Positions 20,402-32,912 of a DNA stretch of 64,000 nucleotides are shown here, piece by piece; position 1 is the first letter of the stretch; the number at the start of each line of letters is the position of its first letter. The DNA comes from an uncultured Trueperaceae bacterium (lineage in GTDB: Bacteria > Deinococcota > Deinococci > Deinococcales > Trueperaceae): assembly GCA_963815215.1 (NCBI GenBank), contig CAWFFU010000003.1:896001-960000 (forward strand). Reading direction: 5' to 3'. The translations under genes were made by a program, and so were the position numbers. The notes under the pieces were generated by a model that searched no databases, was not told where the DNA came from, and saw nothing but the letters and a program-made list of their open reading frames with translations.

Positions 20402-21558
20402 CCGGCCAGAGCCTCCAACGCAGCGCCGACGGCTCGCCCGAAGGGCGCCTCGCCCCCGAGGGCGCGAACCGCGTCCTCCAGGGCGGCCGCCAGCGTCACC
20501 ACGTCGAACCGGTCGGCGTAGCCGAGCACGCTGGGACGGATCAGGTGGGGCTTGGCGGCGTCCTGCCCGGCACCGATGCGGATGCCGGCCTCCGCCAACT
20601 GCCGGACGACCGCGCTAGCGTCGATGCCTTCCGGCGTTCGCAACGCGGCCACGGCAGGGCTCGGGCGCTCGGCGTAGCGTTCGAAGCCGACCGCCTCGCC
20701 GGCGCACAGGAGCGCCTCGTTCAGCGCTGCGCGGCGTTGCCACACCGCCTCCACGCCCTCGTCGAGCAGCACGTTCAGGGCCGCGTCGAGCCCGGCGATC
20801 AGGCTCACGGCCGGCGTGGTGGCTGTCTGATCCTGCGCCTGCCGCTCGCGCTCGCGCCGCAAATCGAGGTAGTAGCCGGGCACCAGAGCACCCCGCCGCG
20901 CCAGCTCGTCGCTGCGCCGCCAGGCGCGCTCGGAGAGGTACGCGAACGCCAGCCCGGGCGGCACCATGAGCCCCTTCTGCGACCCCGACACCACCACGTC
21001 GAGGCCCCACGCGCGCGGTCGCAGCTCGGCCGCGGCGAGGCTGGTCACGGCGTCCACCACCATCAGGGCGTCGGGTGCTTCCTCCCGGACCGCCGCAGCG
21101 ATCCGCTCGACGTCGTGCAGCACCCCGGTCGACGTCTCGGAGTGGGTGGTGGTGACGGCCGCCACCTGCGGGTCGGCGCGCAGCGCGTCGCGCACCCGTT
21201 CCACGTCGATCGCGCGACCCCAGGCCTGCTCCACGACGACCACCCGGAAGCCGAAGCGGCGCGCCATGTCGGCCCAGCGCTCGCCGAACTTGCCGGCGTG
21301 CAGGCTGAGGACCGTTCCGCCAGCGGGCACGGCGGCGAGCAGGGCCGCCTCGAATCCGGCGGTTCCGCTCCCCGTCACCATCAGCATCTCCTCGCCGGGC
21401 ACCATGGCCACCTCGGCCAGACGTGTGCGCACCCGGGCGAAGAGCTCCTTGAAGGGCCCGCTGCGGTGGTGCACGACCGGACGCGCGATGGCTTCCAGCA
21501 CCGCCGGGGGGACCTCGACCGGACCCGGCGCGAGCAGGCGAGTCTTGATCATCGCCAC
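20398..21558 (-). CDS. Class V PLP aminotransferase (serine-pyruvate/phosphoserine type)
   Basis: LLAPGPV, HHRS, GSGT, HSETSTGV, VDAVTS, SGSQKGLMVPPGL. Confidence 0.9.
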   Translation of the reverse strand: MAMIKTRLLAPGPVEVPPAVLEAIARPVVHHRSGPFKELFARVRTRLAEVAMVPGEEMLMVTGSGTAGFEAALLAAVPAGGTVLSLHAGKFGERWADMARRFGFRVVVVEQAWGRAIDVERVRDALRADPQVAAVTTTHSETSTGVLHDVERIAAAVREEAPDALMVVDAVTSLAAAELRPRAWGLDVVVSGSQKGLMVPPGLAFAYLSERAWRRSDELARRGALVPGYYLDLRRERERQAQDQTATTPAVSLIAGLDAALNVLLDEGVEAVWQRRAALNEALLCAGEAVGFERYAERPSPAVAALRTPEGIDASAVVRQLAEAGIRIGAGQDAAKPHLIRPSVLGYADRFDVVTLAAALEDAVRALGGEAPFGRAVGAALEALAG

Positions 21559-21560
21559 GG

Positions 21561-23132
21561 CTAGAGCCGCACCAGCCGCAGGCTGCGGATCACGTCGCCA
21601 AGGTTGCGCAGCACGTCCAGAACCTGATCGGACGGCGCCTGGTCGAGGGTGAGCACGAACATGGCGAGACCGTCCTCACTGGTGCGCGAGAGCTGCATGC
21701 TGTTGATGTTCACGCCCGAGTCGCCGAGCACGGTGCCGACCCGCCCCACCGCGCCGGGGCGGTCGTAGTTGGTGCACACCAGCATGGTGCCCTCCGGCTT
21801 GATCTCGATGGGGTACTCGTCGATCTCCACGATGCGCGGCTGCTCGGCCAGGACCGTGCCGGCCACGCTGGTCCGCCCCTCGGACGTCACCGCGGTGACC
21901 AGCACGTGGGTCGTGTAGCCGCGGCTGCGCGAAGCGGTGACCCGAGAAACGCGGATGTCACGATCGCGGGCGATGGAGGGGGCGTTGATGTAGTTGGGTC
22001 GCTCGTCCAGGAAGGGCTCCAGGAACCCCTTGGTGACCGCCGTCGCCACCGGATCGGGGTCGATCGGGAAAGCACCGGCGAACTCCACCTCGAGCTCCTT
22101 GACGCGGCCCCGGCTCAGCTGCGCCGCGGTGCGGCCCAGCATCTCGCCAAGCTCCAGGTGCTTCCCGAGCGCACGCATGACCTCGGGAGCGAGGGCGGGG
22201 GCGTTCACCACGCCGCGCGAGTAATCGCCGTTGAGCGCCAGCACTGTGCGCTCCAGGATCTCGGTGCCGATCCGGGCCTGCGCCTCGGCGGTGTTCGCGC
22301 CAAGGTGCGCGCTCAACACCACGTTGTCGCGCCGGAACAGCGCCAGCGAGGGATCGGGGGGTTCCGATACGTACACATCGAGCCCTACCCCGAACAGATG
22401 ACCCGCGTCGAGCGCCTCGAGCAGAGCGTCTTCCTGGATGATCCCGCCGCGCGCGGCGTTGACTACGACCGCGCCCGCCGGCAGGCGGCGAAGCTCGTCC
22501 GCGCCGACCATGCCCTCGGTCTCCTCGGTCAGCGGCGTGTGCACGGTCAGGAAGTCCGAGCGCGCCAGCATGGCGTGCAGGTCGTCGAAGAGCTCGACTT
22601 TCAGCTCTTCGGCACGGCGGCGCGTGATGTACGGGTCGTAGGCCATGACGCTCATGCCGAGACCCTGCGCGCGTCCGGCCACGAGCGAACCGATGCGGCC
22701 CAACCCGACGACGCCGAGCCGCGCGCCCTTGAGCTCGCGACCTAGGAACTTGCGGTCCCAGGTACCCGAGCGGATGAGCCGATCGGCGCGCGCCACGCCG
22801 CGAGCGGCGTTCAGCATCAGGGCGATGGCGAGCTCGGCCGCCGACACGTTGTTCGCTTCTGGCGCGTTGACCACCAGGATCCCGCGCCGGCTCGCCGACT
22901 CGAGGTCGATATTGTCGACACCGACGCCACCCCGACCGATCACCCGGAGCTTGCCGCCCGCCCGGATCAGCTCGTCGTCGACTCTGGTGCGGCTGCGAGT
23001 GATGATCGCATCGAAGGAGCCGACGATCTCGAGGAGCTCATCGCGCGCGATCCCGGCACGGTCGACGACTTCCATCTCCGGGTAGTCGGTGTCACCCAAC
23101 TGGATGGTGTCGGTGACAAGGATTCTGGCCAT
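21561..23132 (-). CDS. serA: D-3-phosphoglycerate dehydrogenase
   Basis: RGGVGVDNID, GLGRIG, NAARGGI, HLGANTAEAQ, C-terminal ACT domain (DRPGAVGRVGTVLG). Confidence 0.95.
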   Translation of the reverse strand: MARILVTDTIQLGDTDYPEMEVVDRAGIARDELLEIVGSFDAIITRSRTRVDDELIRAGGKLRVIGRGGVGVDNIDLESASRRGILVVNAPEANNVSAAELAIALMLNAARGVARADRLIRSGTWDRKFLGRELKGARLGVVGLGRIGSLVAGRAQGLGMSVMAYDPYITRRRAEELKVELFDDLHAMLARSDFLTVHTPLTEETEGMVGADELRRLPAGAVVVNAARGGIIQEDALLEALDAGHLFGVGLDVYVSEPPDPSLALFRRDNVVLSAHLGANTAEAQARIGTEILERTVLALNGDYSRGVVNAPALAPEVMRALGKHLELGEMLGRTAAQLSRGRVKELEVEFAGAFPIDPDPVATAVTKGFLEPFLDERPNYINAPSIARDRDIRVSRVTASRSRGYTTHVLVTAVTSEGRTSVAGTVLAEQPRIVEIDEYPIEIKPEGTMLVCTNYDRPGAVGRVGTVLGDSGVNINSMQLSRTSEDGLAMFVLTLDQAPSDQVLDVLRNLGDVIRSLRLVRL

Positions 23133-23161
23133 ACGGCGGAGGATAGCATGGGGGCGCTCGG

Positions 23162-24124
23162 TCAGTGTGTCGAGGACGGCCCGGACACGAAGCCGGCGAT
23201 CTCCCACTCCGGCGGCACGGTGAACGAGTCCACGCCGAGCACATCCATGGACAGGGTCCCCTGCACCCGCAGCAGGGTGGGGATGCCCTGGAGTGCGGCC
23301 TGCAACGCCGCGTCTGCGTCCGCCGAGAGCTTCCTCGGGTCGGGGTAGAACACCAGGTCGATGCGCCCGTCCTGCCCAGCCGCCAGCGGCACCGGGCGCA
23401 TGTCCTCCCGGGCCACGGAGTGCCCCGCCAGGGTCAGGTCGAGATCCTTGCCGTAGAGGAAGTAGCCGATGTCCCCGGGGTTGGTCGCCTTCACCACGAC
23501 CTGGACGACCGGCACGCCGGCCCGCAGCGTGAACGCGCGGCTCGCCGCCTCGTCGAGGCGTAGACGAGGCGGTGCCACCGTCTGCCTCGCCAGCGTCGCA
23601 CCCGACACCAGCACGCTCTTGCGCGTCTCGAAGCTGTAGCTCGAGGAGCTGAAGCGCAGCGTCCCTTCGACGCGGAACGGCAACGGCGTGTCGGCGAACG
23701 CGCGCACCACCGCACGCAACAGCCCGCCCTTGCCCTTCAGGTCGCTGTGGATAGGGAAGCGCAACGGCGCGGTAGATCCCGCCTCCAGGTAGAGCGCCGG
23801 ACGCATCGCGCCCCTCGTCACCACCTCGCCCTGCAGCAGCACCGTGTACTCCACCGACACGAGCCGTACGGGGAACTCGTTGGGGTTTCGCACCAGCGTG
23901 CCCACGGTCATCGCCAACCCGGCGCCGGCGCCGGGAGGATCGAAGCGCTCGATGCTGGTCTGCCCCGGAACGAGCTGGAAGGTGGGTGGCTGGATCTCAC
24001 CGAGCGGCCGGGCGCTCTTGATGGCGGTGGCGGGAGCGCACGCCGTCAGCGTCAGCAGCGTGGCGAGGGCCACGCCGGCCCACGGCCACGGACCGCGACG
24101 GGCGGAGTGCGTGCGACGCTGCAC
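23162..24124 (-). CDS. Lipoprotein with two LEA_2/WHy-like domains
   Basis: Lipobox LTAC; VRNPNEFP and ATNPGDIG repeats. Confidence 0.75.
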   Translation of the reverse strand: MQRRTHSARRGPWPWAGVALATLLTLTACAPATAIKSARPLGEIQPPTFQLVPGQTSIERFDPPGAGAGLAMTVGTLVRNPNEFPVRLVSVEYTVLLQGEVVTRGAMRPALYLEAGSTAPLRFPIHSDLKGKGGLLRAVVRAFADTPLPFRVEGTLRFSSSSYSFETRKSVLVSGATLARQTVAPPRLRLDEAASRAFTLRAGVPVVQVVVKATNPGDIGYFLYGKDLDLTLAGHSVAREDMRPVPLAAGQDGRIDLVFYPDPRKLSADADAALQAALQGIPTLLRVQGTLSMDVLGVDSFTVPPEWEIAGFVSGPSSTH

Positions 24125-24168
24125 GCCCGCAGTCTAGCAGACCCCGCGAGCGCCCTCGCAGACGGCGC

Positions 24169-24663
24169 TCAGCGTCGCCGAACGAGGCGCCGCCACCAGC
24201 CTCTCGGCGGCCCCCCTCCGCGCGGTACGAAGGCCAGCAGCAACGCCGTCCCGAACAGGCACGCTCCGACGTAGACGGCGGTGGGAACGATGTCGAGGTC
24301 GATCGCCGCCCGCCGCAGCGCCCACGAGTACAGCCCGAAGGGGAGCAGACCGTACGCGACCCCCGTCGCGACCGGCGCCAGGGCCGCCCACAGCGGCCGC
24401 TCCCGCACCCAGCGCCGGGCGAAGAGCGCGCCGGCACCCACCACCGCGGTCGCTCCGAGCAGGTAGGCGAGCGCGACGAGGACGGAGGCGCCGTGCCCGA
24501 GCGCCTGGAACGCCACGTAGCCGACGTGCAAGACAGCGGGAACGGCGATCAGGAGCGTCACCAGGGCGAGGAAGCGCTTGCGCCCGAACGTCACGCGCAG
24601 CACCACCCCGACGATCAAGCCCGCGACGAGCACCCAACCGAGCAACCGGGTCAGGACGCTCAT
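24169..24663 (-). CDS. Hypothetical integral membrane protein
   Basis: About 5 hydrophobic segments; ATGA overlap with recG stop. Confidence 0.7.
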   Translation of the reverse strand: MSVLTRLLGWVLVAGLIVGVVLRVTFGRKRFLALVTLLIAVPAVLHVGYVAFQALGHGASVLVALAYLLGATAVVGAGALFARRWVRERPLWAALAPVATGVAYGLLPFGLYSWALRRAAIDLDIVPTAVYVGACLFGTALLLAFVPRGGGPPRGWWRRLVRRR

Positions 24664-27050
24664 ATGACCTCCCGGAAGGCGAGTGCGCCACTCCGGAGGC
24701 GCAACTCGTCACGTAGGCGCCGGGCCCACGCCGCTTCGAGCGCCGGATCCTCGGCCAGCATGCGCTGCGCCAGCTCCCTGGCCCGCTCGATGATCGCGCC
24801 ATCGGTAGCCAGATCGCCGATCGACAGGTCGGGGAGGCCGGACTGACGCGTCCCGCGCAGCTCACCCGGGCCACGCAGCTGCAGGTCGTACTCGGCGATC
24901 TTGAAGCCGTCGCCGTTCCTGGCCACGATCTGAAGCCGCTGTTGCGTCTTCCTGCCGCGCTCGCCGGCGACCAGAACGCAGGTGCTCGCCGCATCACCGC
25001 GCCCCACCCGGCCCCGAAGCTGGTGGAGCTGCGACAGTCCGAAACGCTCGGCGTTCTCCACGATCATGACGCTGGCGTTGGGGATGTCGACGCCGACCTC
25101 GACCACCGTGGTGGACACGAGCATGTCGAACTCGTGGCGCCGGAACCGCTCCATGATGGCGTCCTTCTCGTCGCCCGGCATGCGACCGTGAAGCATGCCG
25201 ATGCGACACCCGTCAGGCATCAGCTGTCGCAGGTCCTCGGTCAGCCCCGTCGTCGAGACGATCGCCTCGAGGGCTTCGCTCTCTTCCACCAGCGGCGTGA
25301 CCACGTACACTTGCCTGCCCTTCAGGATCTCGTCCCAGGCGAAGTGATAGACCTCCCGCCGGCGACTGGCGTTCACCAGGCGGGTCTCGACCGGCTTGCG
25401 GCCCGGAGGCAACTCGTCGATCACACTCAGCTCCAGGTCGCCATAGTAGGTGAGGGCCAACGATCGCGGGATGGGCGTGGCACTCATCACCAGCACGTCG
25501 GGCAGGCCGTGAAGCAGCTTGCGTCGCTGATCCACGCCGAAGCGGTGCTCCTCGTCGATGATCGCCAGACCCAAGTCGGCGAAGCGCACCCCCTGCTGGA
25601 TGAGCGCGTGCGTGCCGACCGCCAGCTGCGCCTCGCCCGAGGCGAGCCGGGCGCGCGCCTCCCGTCGCTCGCGAGCGCCCATCGCGCCGGTGAGCAACTC
25701 GCTGCGCACGCCGAGCGGGAACAGGTAGCTGCGCAAGTTGAGGTAGTGCTGCCGCGCCAGGATCTCGGTCGGCGCCATGAGCGCCGCCTGCGCTCCATTG
25801 CGGACGGCCACATGGACGGCTGCAGCGGCCACCGCCGTCTTGCCCGAGCCCACGTCCCCCTGCAGCAAGCGGGCCATCTGGCGCGGCTCTCGCATGTCCT
25901 GGAGGATCTCGGCCAGCGCGCGCTCCTGGGCACCGGTGAGCGTGAACGGCAGGCTCTCACGGAACCCCTGAACGTCCGCGTCGCTCACCCGGAAGGCGCG
26001 GCCGGCGAAGGAGCCGTCACGGCTGCGCAGCACCGCCAGTTCCAGGAACAGGAAGTCGTCGAACTTCAGGCGGCGCACCGCGCGCTGGAGCGCTTCGTCC
26101 GACGGCGGGAAGTGGGCGTCACGCAGGGCCCGGTCGAGCGGCACGAGGTCCTCGCGCTGCAACAGCGAACGCGGGAGGTGGTCCGGAAGTGGTGGCAGCG
26201 CCGCCAGCAAACGGTGCGCAGCGCGGCGCTGGTAGGCCTGGCTCAGCCCCTGGGTGCTGCGGTAGATCCCCACGATGCGCCCGAACGACAGGCTCTCGCC
26301 CTCATCGTCGACCTCGAACCCGGTGACGTTGATCTCGAGGTTGCGCCCCTTGCGCTTCACCTTGCCGCCCAGGATCAGGCGCTGCCCCGGGAAGAGCTGG
26401 TTCTCGACCCAGGGCTGATTGAACCAGACGGCCGTCGCGCGCTGGCCGCGAGCGTCCTCCAGGGAAGCCCGAAGCACGTGCATGCCGCGACGGCTCCGCA
26501 TCCCCTTGCGGCTGATCACCGAGCCCGTGACGGTGGCGATCTGGTCGCTCTCGAGGGCGGAGAAGTGGGGCAGCGCGCGCCGGTCCTCGTAGCGTCGGGG
26601 CAGCGACCACAGTAGGTCCCGGTAGCTGCGCACCCCGACCTCGCCGAGCTTGCGGGGTGCCTGGGCGCCCAGGTCGACCAGCCGGTCGGCCAGGGCCCGA
26701 TCGAGCCCATCGGCCGGCAGCCGCTCAACGCTTCGGACGGGCGACTCGGCGCTACGGGCCGACGGCTCGGCCTTGGGACGAGGGGCAGCTTTGGCCGCCC
26801 GTTCCGGACTCCGACCGGCGTCCCCGGCCTCGTCCAGGAGAGCCAGGACCCGCTCCAAGCGGGCCCGCCGCACCTCAGGCGAGAGCGTGCCGTAACCCTG
26901 CAGGAGCGCCCCCACCCCCGCGAACGGGCGTGCCAGGCCGTCGATCAGCCGCTCGACGCCGCCCACGACCACGTCGTCGCGGCAACCGCTGCTGAGTTCC
27001 AGGGTCAGCGGCCGGCGCAACCGGTCGCGCATCTCGGGCACGCTCGCCAC
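24660..27050 (-). CDS. recG: ATP-dependent DNA helicase RecG
   Basis: PRRYEDR wedge, [40 protein letters not shown]. Confidence 0.97.
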   Translation of the reverse strand: MASVPEMRDRLRRPLTLELSSGCRDDVVVGGVERLIDGLARPFAGVGALLQGYGTLSPEVRRARLERVLALLDEAGDAGRSPERAAKAAPRPKAEPSARSAESPVRSVERLPADGLDRALADRLVDLGAQAPRKLGEVGVRSYRDLLWSLPRRYEDRRALPHFSALESDQIATVTGSVISRKGMRSRRGMHVLRASLEDARGQRATAVWFNQPWVENQLFPGQRLILGGKVKRKGRNLEINVTGFEVDDEGESLSFGRIVGIYRSTQGLSQAYQRRAAHRLLAALPPLPDHLPRSLLQREDLVPLDRALRDAHFPPSDEALQRAVRRLKFDDFLFLELAVLRSRDGSFAGRAFRVSDADVQGFRESLPFTLTGAQERALAEILQDMREPRQMARLLQGDVGSGKTAVAAAAVHVAVRNGAQAALMAPTEILARQHYLNLRSYLFPLGVRSELLTGAMGARERREARARLASGEAQLAVGTHALIQQGVRFADLGLAIIDEEHRFGVDQRRKLLHGLPDVLVMSATPIPRSLALTYYGDLELSVIDELPPGRKPVETRLVNASRRREVYHFAWDEILKGRQVYVVTPLVEESEALEAIVSTTGLTEDLRQLMPDGCRIGMLHGRMPGDEKDAIMERFRRHEFDMLVSTTVVEVGVDIPNASVMIVENAERFGLSQLHQLRGRVGRGDAASTCVLVAGERGRKTQQRLQIVARNGDGFKIAEYDLQLRGPGELRGTRQSGLPDLSIGDLATDGAIIERARELAQRMLAEDPALEAAWARRLRDELRLRSGALAFREVI

Positions 27051-27085
27051 GGCATCAGTCTACCGTCGGCCATGGACAACCGTCC

Positions 27086-27114
27086 TTTACCGTGCCTCAC
27101 AGGGGCGCTATGCT
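27086..27114 (+). promoter_or_regulatory. Putative sigma-70 promoter for the sugar ABC operon
   Basis: TTTACC-17 nt-TATGCT. Confidence 0.5.
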
Positions 27115-27326
27115 GGTTCACGAGCCGCTGGAGCGGGAAGTCCGGAAGCCGGGGGGCCTTCCTTGTCGCCAGTTCGCGGGTGTCGGGTGACGGGACCACG
27201 AAGGTGGTCCAGCAGCATTCGACGGACGGCACAAGCGTCCGCCAGGGAGGTGACGCTCGTCGACCATCGGGGAACCTAGCGAGACACTCACCAATCCACA
27301 CCGACCTTAGGAGGAAGGGAAGCGAT

Positions 27327-28562
<1,236 letters not shown>

Positions 28563-28570
28563 CCCTCGCT

Positions 28571-28603
28571 TCGGAGGGGACCCCGCGACGGGGTCCCCTC
28601 CGA
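28571..28603 (+). terminator. Perfect 15-bp stem-loop after the SBP gene (mRNA stabiliser or attenuating terminator)
   Basis: TCGGAGGGGACCCCG-cga-CGGGGTCCCCTCCGA; no U-tract. Confidence 0.6.
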
Positions 28604-28673
28604 CACTGAGACCGGCTCGCGCTCGCCCCGCCCCCGGCGGCGCCGTGTCGCGGCCGGGACGAATGGGTCCTGC

Positions 28674-29788
<1,115 letters not shown>

Positions 29789-29792
<4 letters not shown>

Positions 29793-30646
29793 GCGCCGAG
29801 GCCCTGACGCGGAGGCCGGCGCAACCGCATAAGCGCGCACGCTTCCAGTGGCTGACCTACCTGCTGCTGCTCCTGGCCGCCGCCTTCTTCCTGCTTCCGG
29901 TGTACCTGGTGCTCGTCACCAGCTTGAAGGTGCCCTCCGAGATCAACCTCGCCAGCACCTGGCAGCTCCCCTCCCACTGGAACTGGGGCAGCTACGCGAC
30001 CGCCTGGCAGGCCTTCGCGCCGAAGTTGCGCAACAGCCTGTTCCTGGCGGTGGTGGCGACCGCCGCCTCGGCCCTGATGGGCTCGATGAACGGCTACATC
30101 CTGTCGAAGTGGCGCTTCCCGGGGGCGAACATCGTCTTCCCGCTGATGCTCTTCGGCATGTTCATCCCCTACCAGTCGATCCTCATCCCGCTGTTCCAGT
30201 TCCTGCGCGACATCGGCCTCTATGGCTCCTTGTGGGGGCTCATCCTCACCCACGTGGTGTACGGACTGCCCATCACCACCCTGATCTTCCGGAACTTCTA
30301 CGCCGAGATCCCCGACGAGATGATCGAGGCGGCGCGCATCGACGGCGCCGGCTTCTTCGGCATCTACAGCCGCATCGTGTTCCCCCTGTCGATCTCCGGC
30401 TTCGTGGTGGTCATCATCTGGCAGTTCACGCAGATCTGGAACGAGTTCCTGTTCGCGGTGACCTTGACGCGGCAGAGCACGCAGCCGATCACGGTGGCAC
30501 TGGCGCAGCTCGCCGGGGGCGAGGCCGTGAACTGGAACCTCCCCATGGCCGGCGCGGTGCTGGCGGCGTTGCCGACGCTCATCATCTACATCGTGCTCGG
30601 CCGCTACTTCATCCGCGGGCTGCTGGCCGGCTCGGTCAAGGGCTGA
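29789..30646 (+). CDS. Sugar ABC permease
   Basis: [35 protein letters not shown]. Confidence 0.93.
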
Positions 30647-30704
30647 GCGCCGGGGAGCGCGCGAGCACGGGGCCCGGCAGCCGGGCGGCCCTGTGTCTGG
30701 GCGC

Positions 30705-30733
30705 TTGCGACGACATGCGTCAGCAGGTATTCT
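30705..30733 (+). promoter_or_regulatory. Putative sigma-70 promoter
   Basis: TTGCGA-17 nt-TATTCT upstream of the amino acid SBP gene. Confidence 0.5.
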
Positions 30734-30766
30734 CTTTCACGACTCTACGCCAAAAGGGGAGAGACG

Positions 30767-31525
30767 ATGAAACGAGTTGCAATCCTTGTGTCCAGCCTGG
30801 CGTTCGTGCTGATGCTCGGCGCCGCCTTCGCCGCCGACCTCGGCGGCAAGACCATCACCATCGGGTCGGATACCACCTATCCTCCGTTCGAGACGGTCAA
30901 CGACAAGAACCAGATCGTCGGCTTCGACGTCGACCTGATGAACGCCATCTGCAAGGTCGAGAACTGCGTCGCGAAGTTCCAGACGACGAACTGGGACGGC
31001 ATCATCCCGGCCGTCAACAACGGTGAGTTCGACATGATCGCCTCCGGCATGACCATCACCGCGGAGCGCGCCAAGCAGGTCGACTTCTCCGACCCCTACA
31101 AGAGCGTCGACCAGGCCGTCGCTGTGCGCACGCAGGACGCGGCCCTGACGCTGAACGACTTCACCAAGGACGGGAGCAAGCTGGTGCTCGGCTCCCAGAC
31201 CGGCACCACCAACGCCATCCTGGCCGAGAAGCTGGTAGGCCGCGGCCGCATCCAGCTCTACAACGACTTCAACCAGGCCGTACAGGCGCTCCTCAACGGC
31301 GACGTCAGCGGCGTCGTCCTCGACGATGTGGCCGCCGCCGCCTTCGCCCAGCAGTACGCCGGCAAGCTGGTCGTCTCCATCCGCGGCGTGAAGTCCGGGG
31401 ACGAGCTCGGCTTCGCCGTGCCCAAGGGCGATCCGCAGGGCCTGTTGCCCGCGCTCAACGACGGCCTTGCCAAGCTCAAGGCGAACGGCACGCTGGACGC
31501 TCTCACCGTCAAGTGGTTCCAGTAG
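30767..31525 (+). CDS. Polar amino acid ABC substrate-binding protein
   Basis: DTTYPPFE, GFDVDL, WDGII, GMTITAER, FSDPY. Confidence 0.93.
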   Translation: MKRVAILVSSLAFVLMLGAAFAADLGGKTITIGSDTTYPPFETVNDKNQIVGFDVDLMNAICKVENCVAKFQTTNWDGIIPAVNNGEFDMIASGMTITAERAKQVDFSDPYKSVDQAVAVRTQDAALTLNDFTKDGSKLVLGSQTGTTNAILAEKLVGRGRIQLYNDFNQAVQALLNGDVSGVVLDDVAAAAFAQQYAGKLVVSIRGVKSGDELGFAVPKGDPQGLLPALNDGLAKLKANGTLDALTVKWFQ

Positions 31526-31669
31526 TCCAGTGAGCGCTGCAGCGCGGCGCGTCTCCCCGCCGTTGCGGGGGCGCGCCGCGTGCCTGTCCTGCGCTGAGGC
31601 CGGGCGCGTGTGGGCTCTGCGCCCACACGCGCCCTTACCCGGTCCCGACAGCGCCGAGAGGGCACGGCC

Positions 31670-32863
31670 GTGAGCCGACCTACCTCCCGTCCAACGCGCA
31701 ACCCGCTGAAGCGCATCCGGCCGAGCTACCTGGTCCTGCTGCTGCTGGTCCCGTTCGTCATCTACTTCTTCGCGACGACCTCGACCTACCAGCGCGCGCT
31801 GTCCTACCTCGTCCCCGGCCTGTCGGTCACGGTGGCCGCCACGGTCCTCGCCTACCTCGCGGCGTGCATCCTGGGCATGATCCTGGCCGCGCTCGCCAGC
31901 CTGAACATCGCCGAGCGCACCGTGCTGCGCTTCACCATCGCGGGCGCGATCCTGCTGCTGGCCGCCGTCGTGCTGCTCACGCGGCCCAAGGTCGAGTTCG
32001 TGCTGGTGGGCCATACCGGCGGCAAGGTCGCCATCATCGAGCGCACGCCGTCCGGCCCCGCCGACACCGTGAAGAACGGGGCCTTCCCCGGAGGCGACGG
32101 AGCCACCATGGCGGTGAGGGCAGCCATCGACGGGCCGGCGGCGGTCAAGCTGCTCGAAGACGGCACGGTGCAGGCAGCCTTCATCCCCGTGGCGGAGGCC
32201 CCCACCGGCGCACCCGTGCTGTGGCGGGCACGCTTCCTGTCCACCAGCCTGATGCAGCCGGCGCTGGCGTTGATCGTCTTCGGCGTCGGCATCCTGCTCC
32301 TCACCTTCGGCGCGGCCCAGAGCGGCCGCCACCCGCTGAACATCTTCGCCGAGCTCTACATCGATGCTCTGCGCGGCATCCCGATGCTTGTGATCATCCT
32401 CTACGTCGGCTTCCCGCTCCAAGGAGCCATCCGCGACGCCACAGGCGGCCTCATCAACATGTCCCGCCTCACACGTGGGGTCGTCGCCATCGCACTGGGG
32501 TACGCCGCCTACCTGGCCGAGATCTTCCGAGCCGGGATCGAGGCCATCCCGCACGGCCAGACGGAGGCCGCCCGTAGCCTCGGCCTTACCGGCTGGCAGA
32601 CGGCGCGCTACGTGGTCCTGCCGCAGGCGCTTCGCATCGTGGTGCCGCCGCTCGGCAACGAGTTCATCGCCATGCTCAAGGACACCTCGCTCCTGTCGGT
32701 GCTCTCGGTGCGTGACATCACTCAGCGGGCGCGCGAGTTCCAGGCGGCCACGTTCCAGGTGTTCCCGCCGTACAACACCGTCGCCCTGCTCTACATCGGG
32801 CTGACGCTGGCGGCCTCCAGTCTCGTGAAGTGGCTCGAGCGCAAGACCAGCTGGACCCGCTGA
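31670..32863 (+). CDS. Polar amino acid ABC permease with a large internal insertion
   Basis: LRGIPMLV, AYLAEIFRAGI, GQTEAARSLGL, NEFIAMLKDTSL. Confidence 0.9.
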   Translation: MSRPTSRPTRNPLKRIRPSYLVLLLLVPFVIYFFATTSTYQRALSYLVPGLSVTVAATVLAYLAACILGMILAALASLNIAERTVLRFTIAGAILLLAAVVLLTRPKVEFVLVGHTGGKVAIIERTPSGPADTVKNGAFPGGDGATMAVRAAIDGPAAVKLLEDGTVQAAFIPVAEAPTGAPVLWRARFLSTSLMQPALALIVFGVGILLLTFGAAQSGRHPLNIFAELYIDALRGIPMLVIILYVGFPLQGAIRDATGGLINMSRLTRGVVAIALGYAAYLAEIFRAGIEAIPHGQTEAARSLGLTGWQTARYVVLPQALRIVVPPLGNEFIAMLKDTSLLSVLSVRDITQRAREFQAATFQVFPPYNTVALLYIGLTLAASSLVKWLERKTSWTR

Positions 32864-32912
32864 CGGCGTCGCCCGCCCCGCCGCCACGGATGACCCCGGT
32901 ATGCTGAACGGC

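Noticed and set aside
3027..27107. Shared 11-mer TCACAGGGGCG in two upstream regions (about 3027 and 27097)
   Set aside because: Two occurrences only, non-palindromic, and at different distances from the TATGCT boxes
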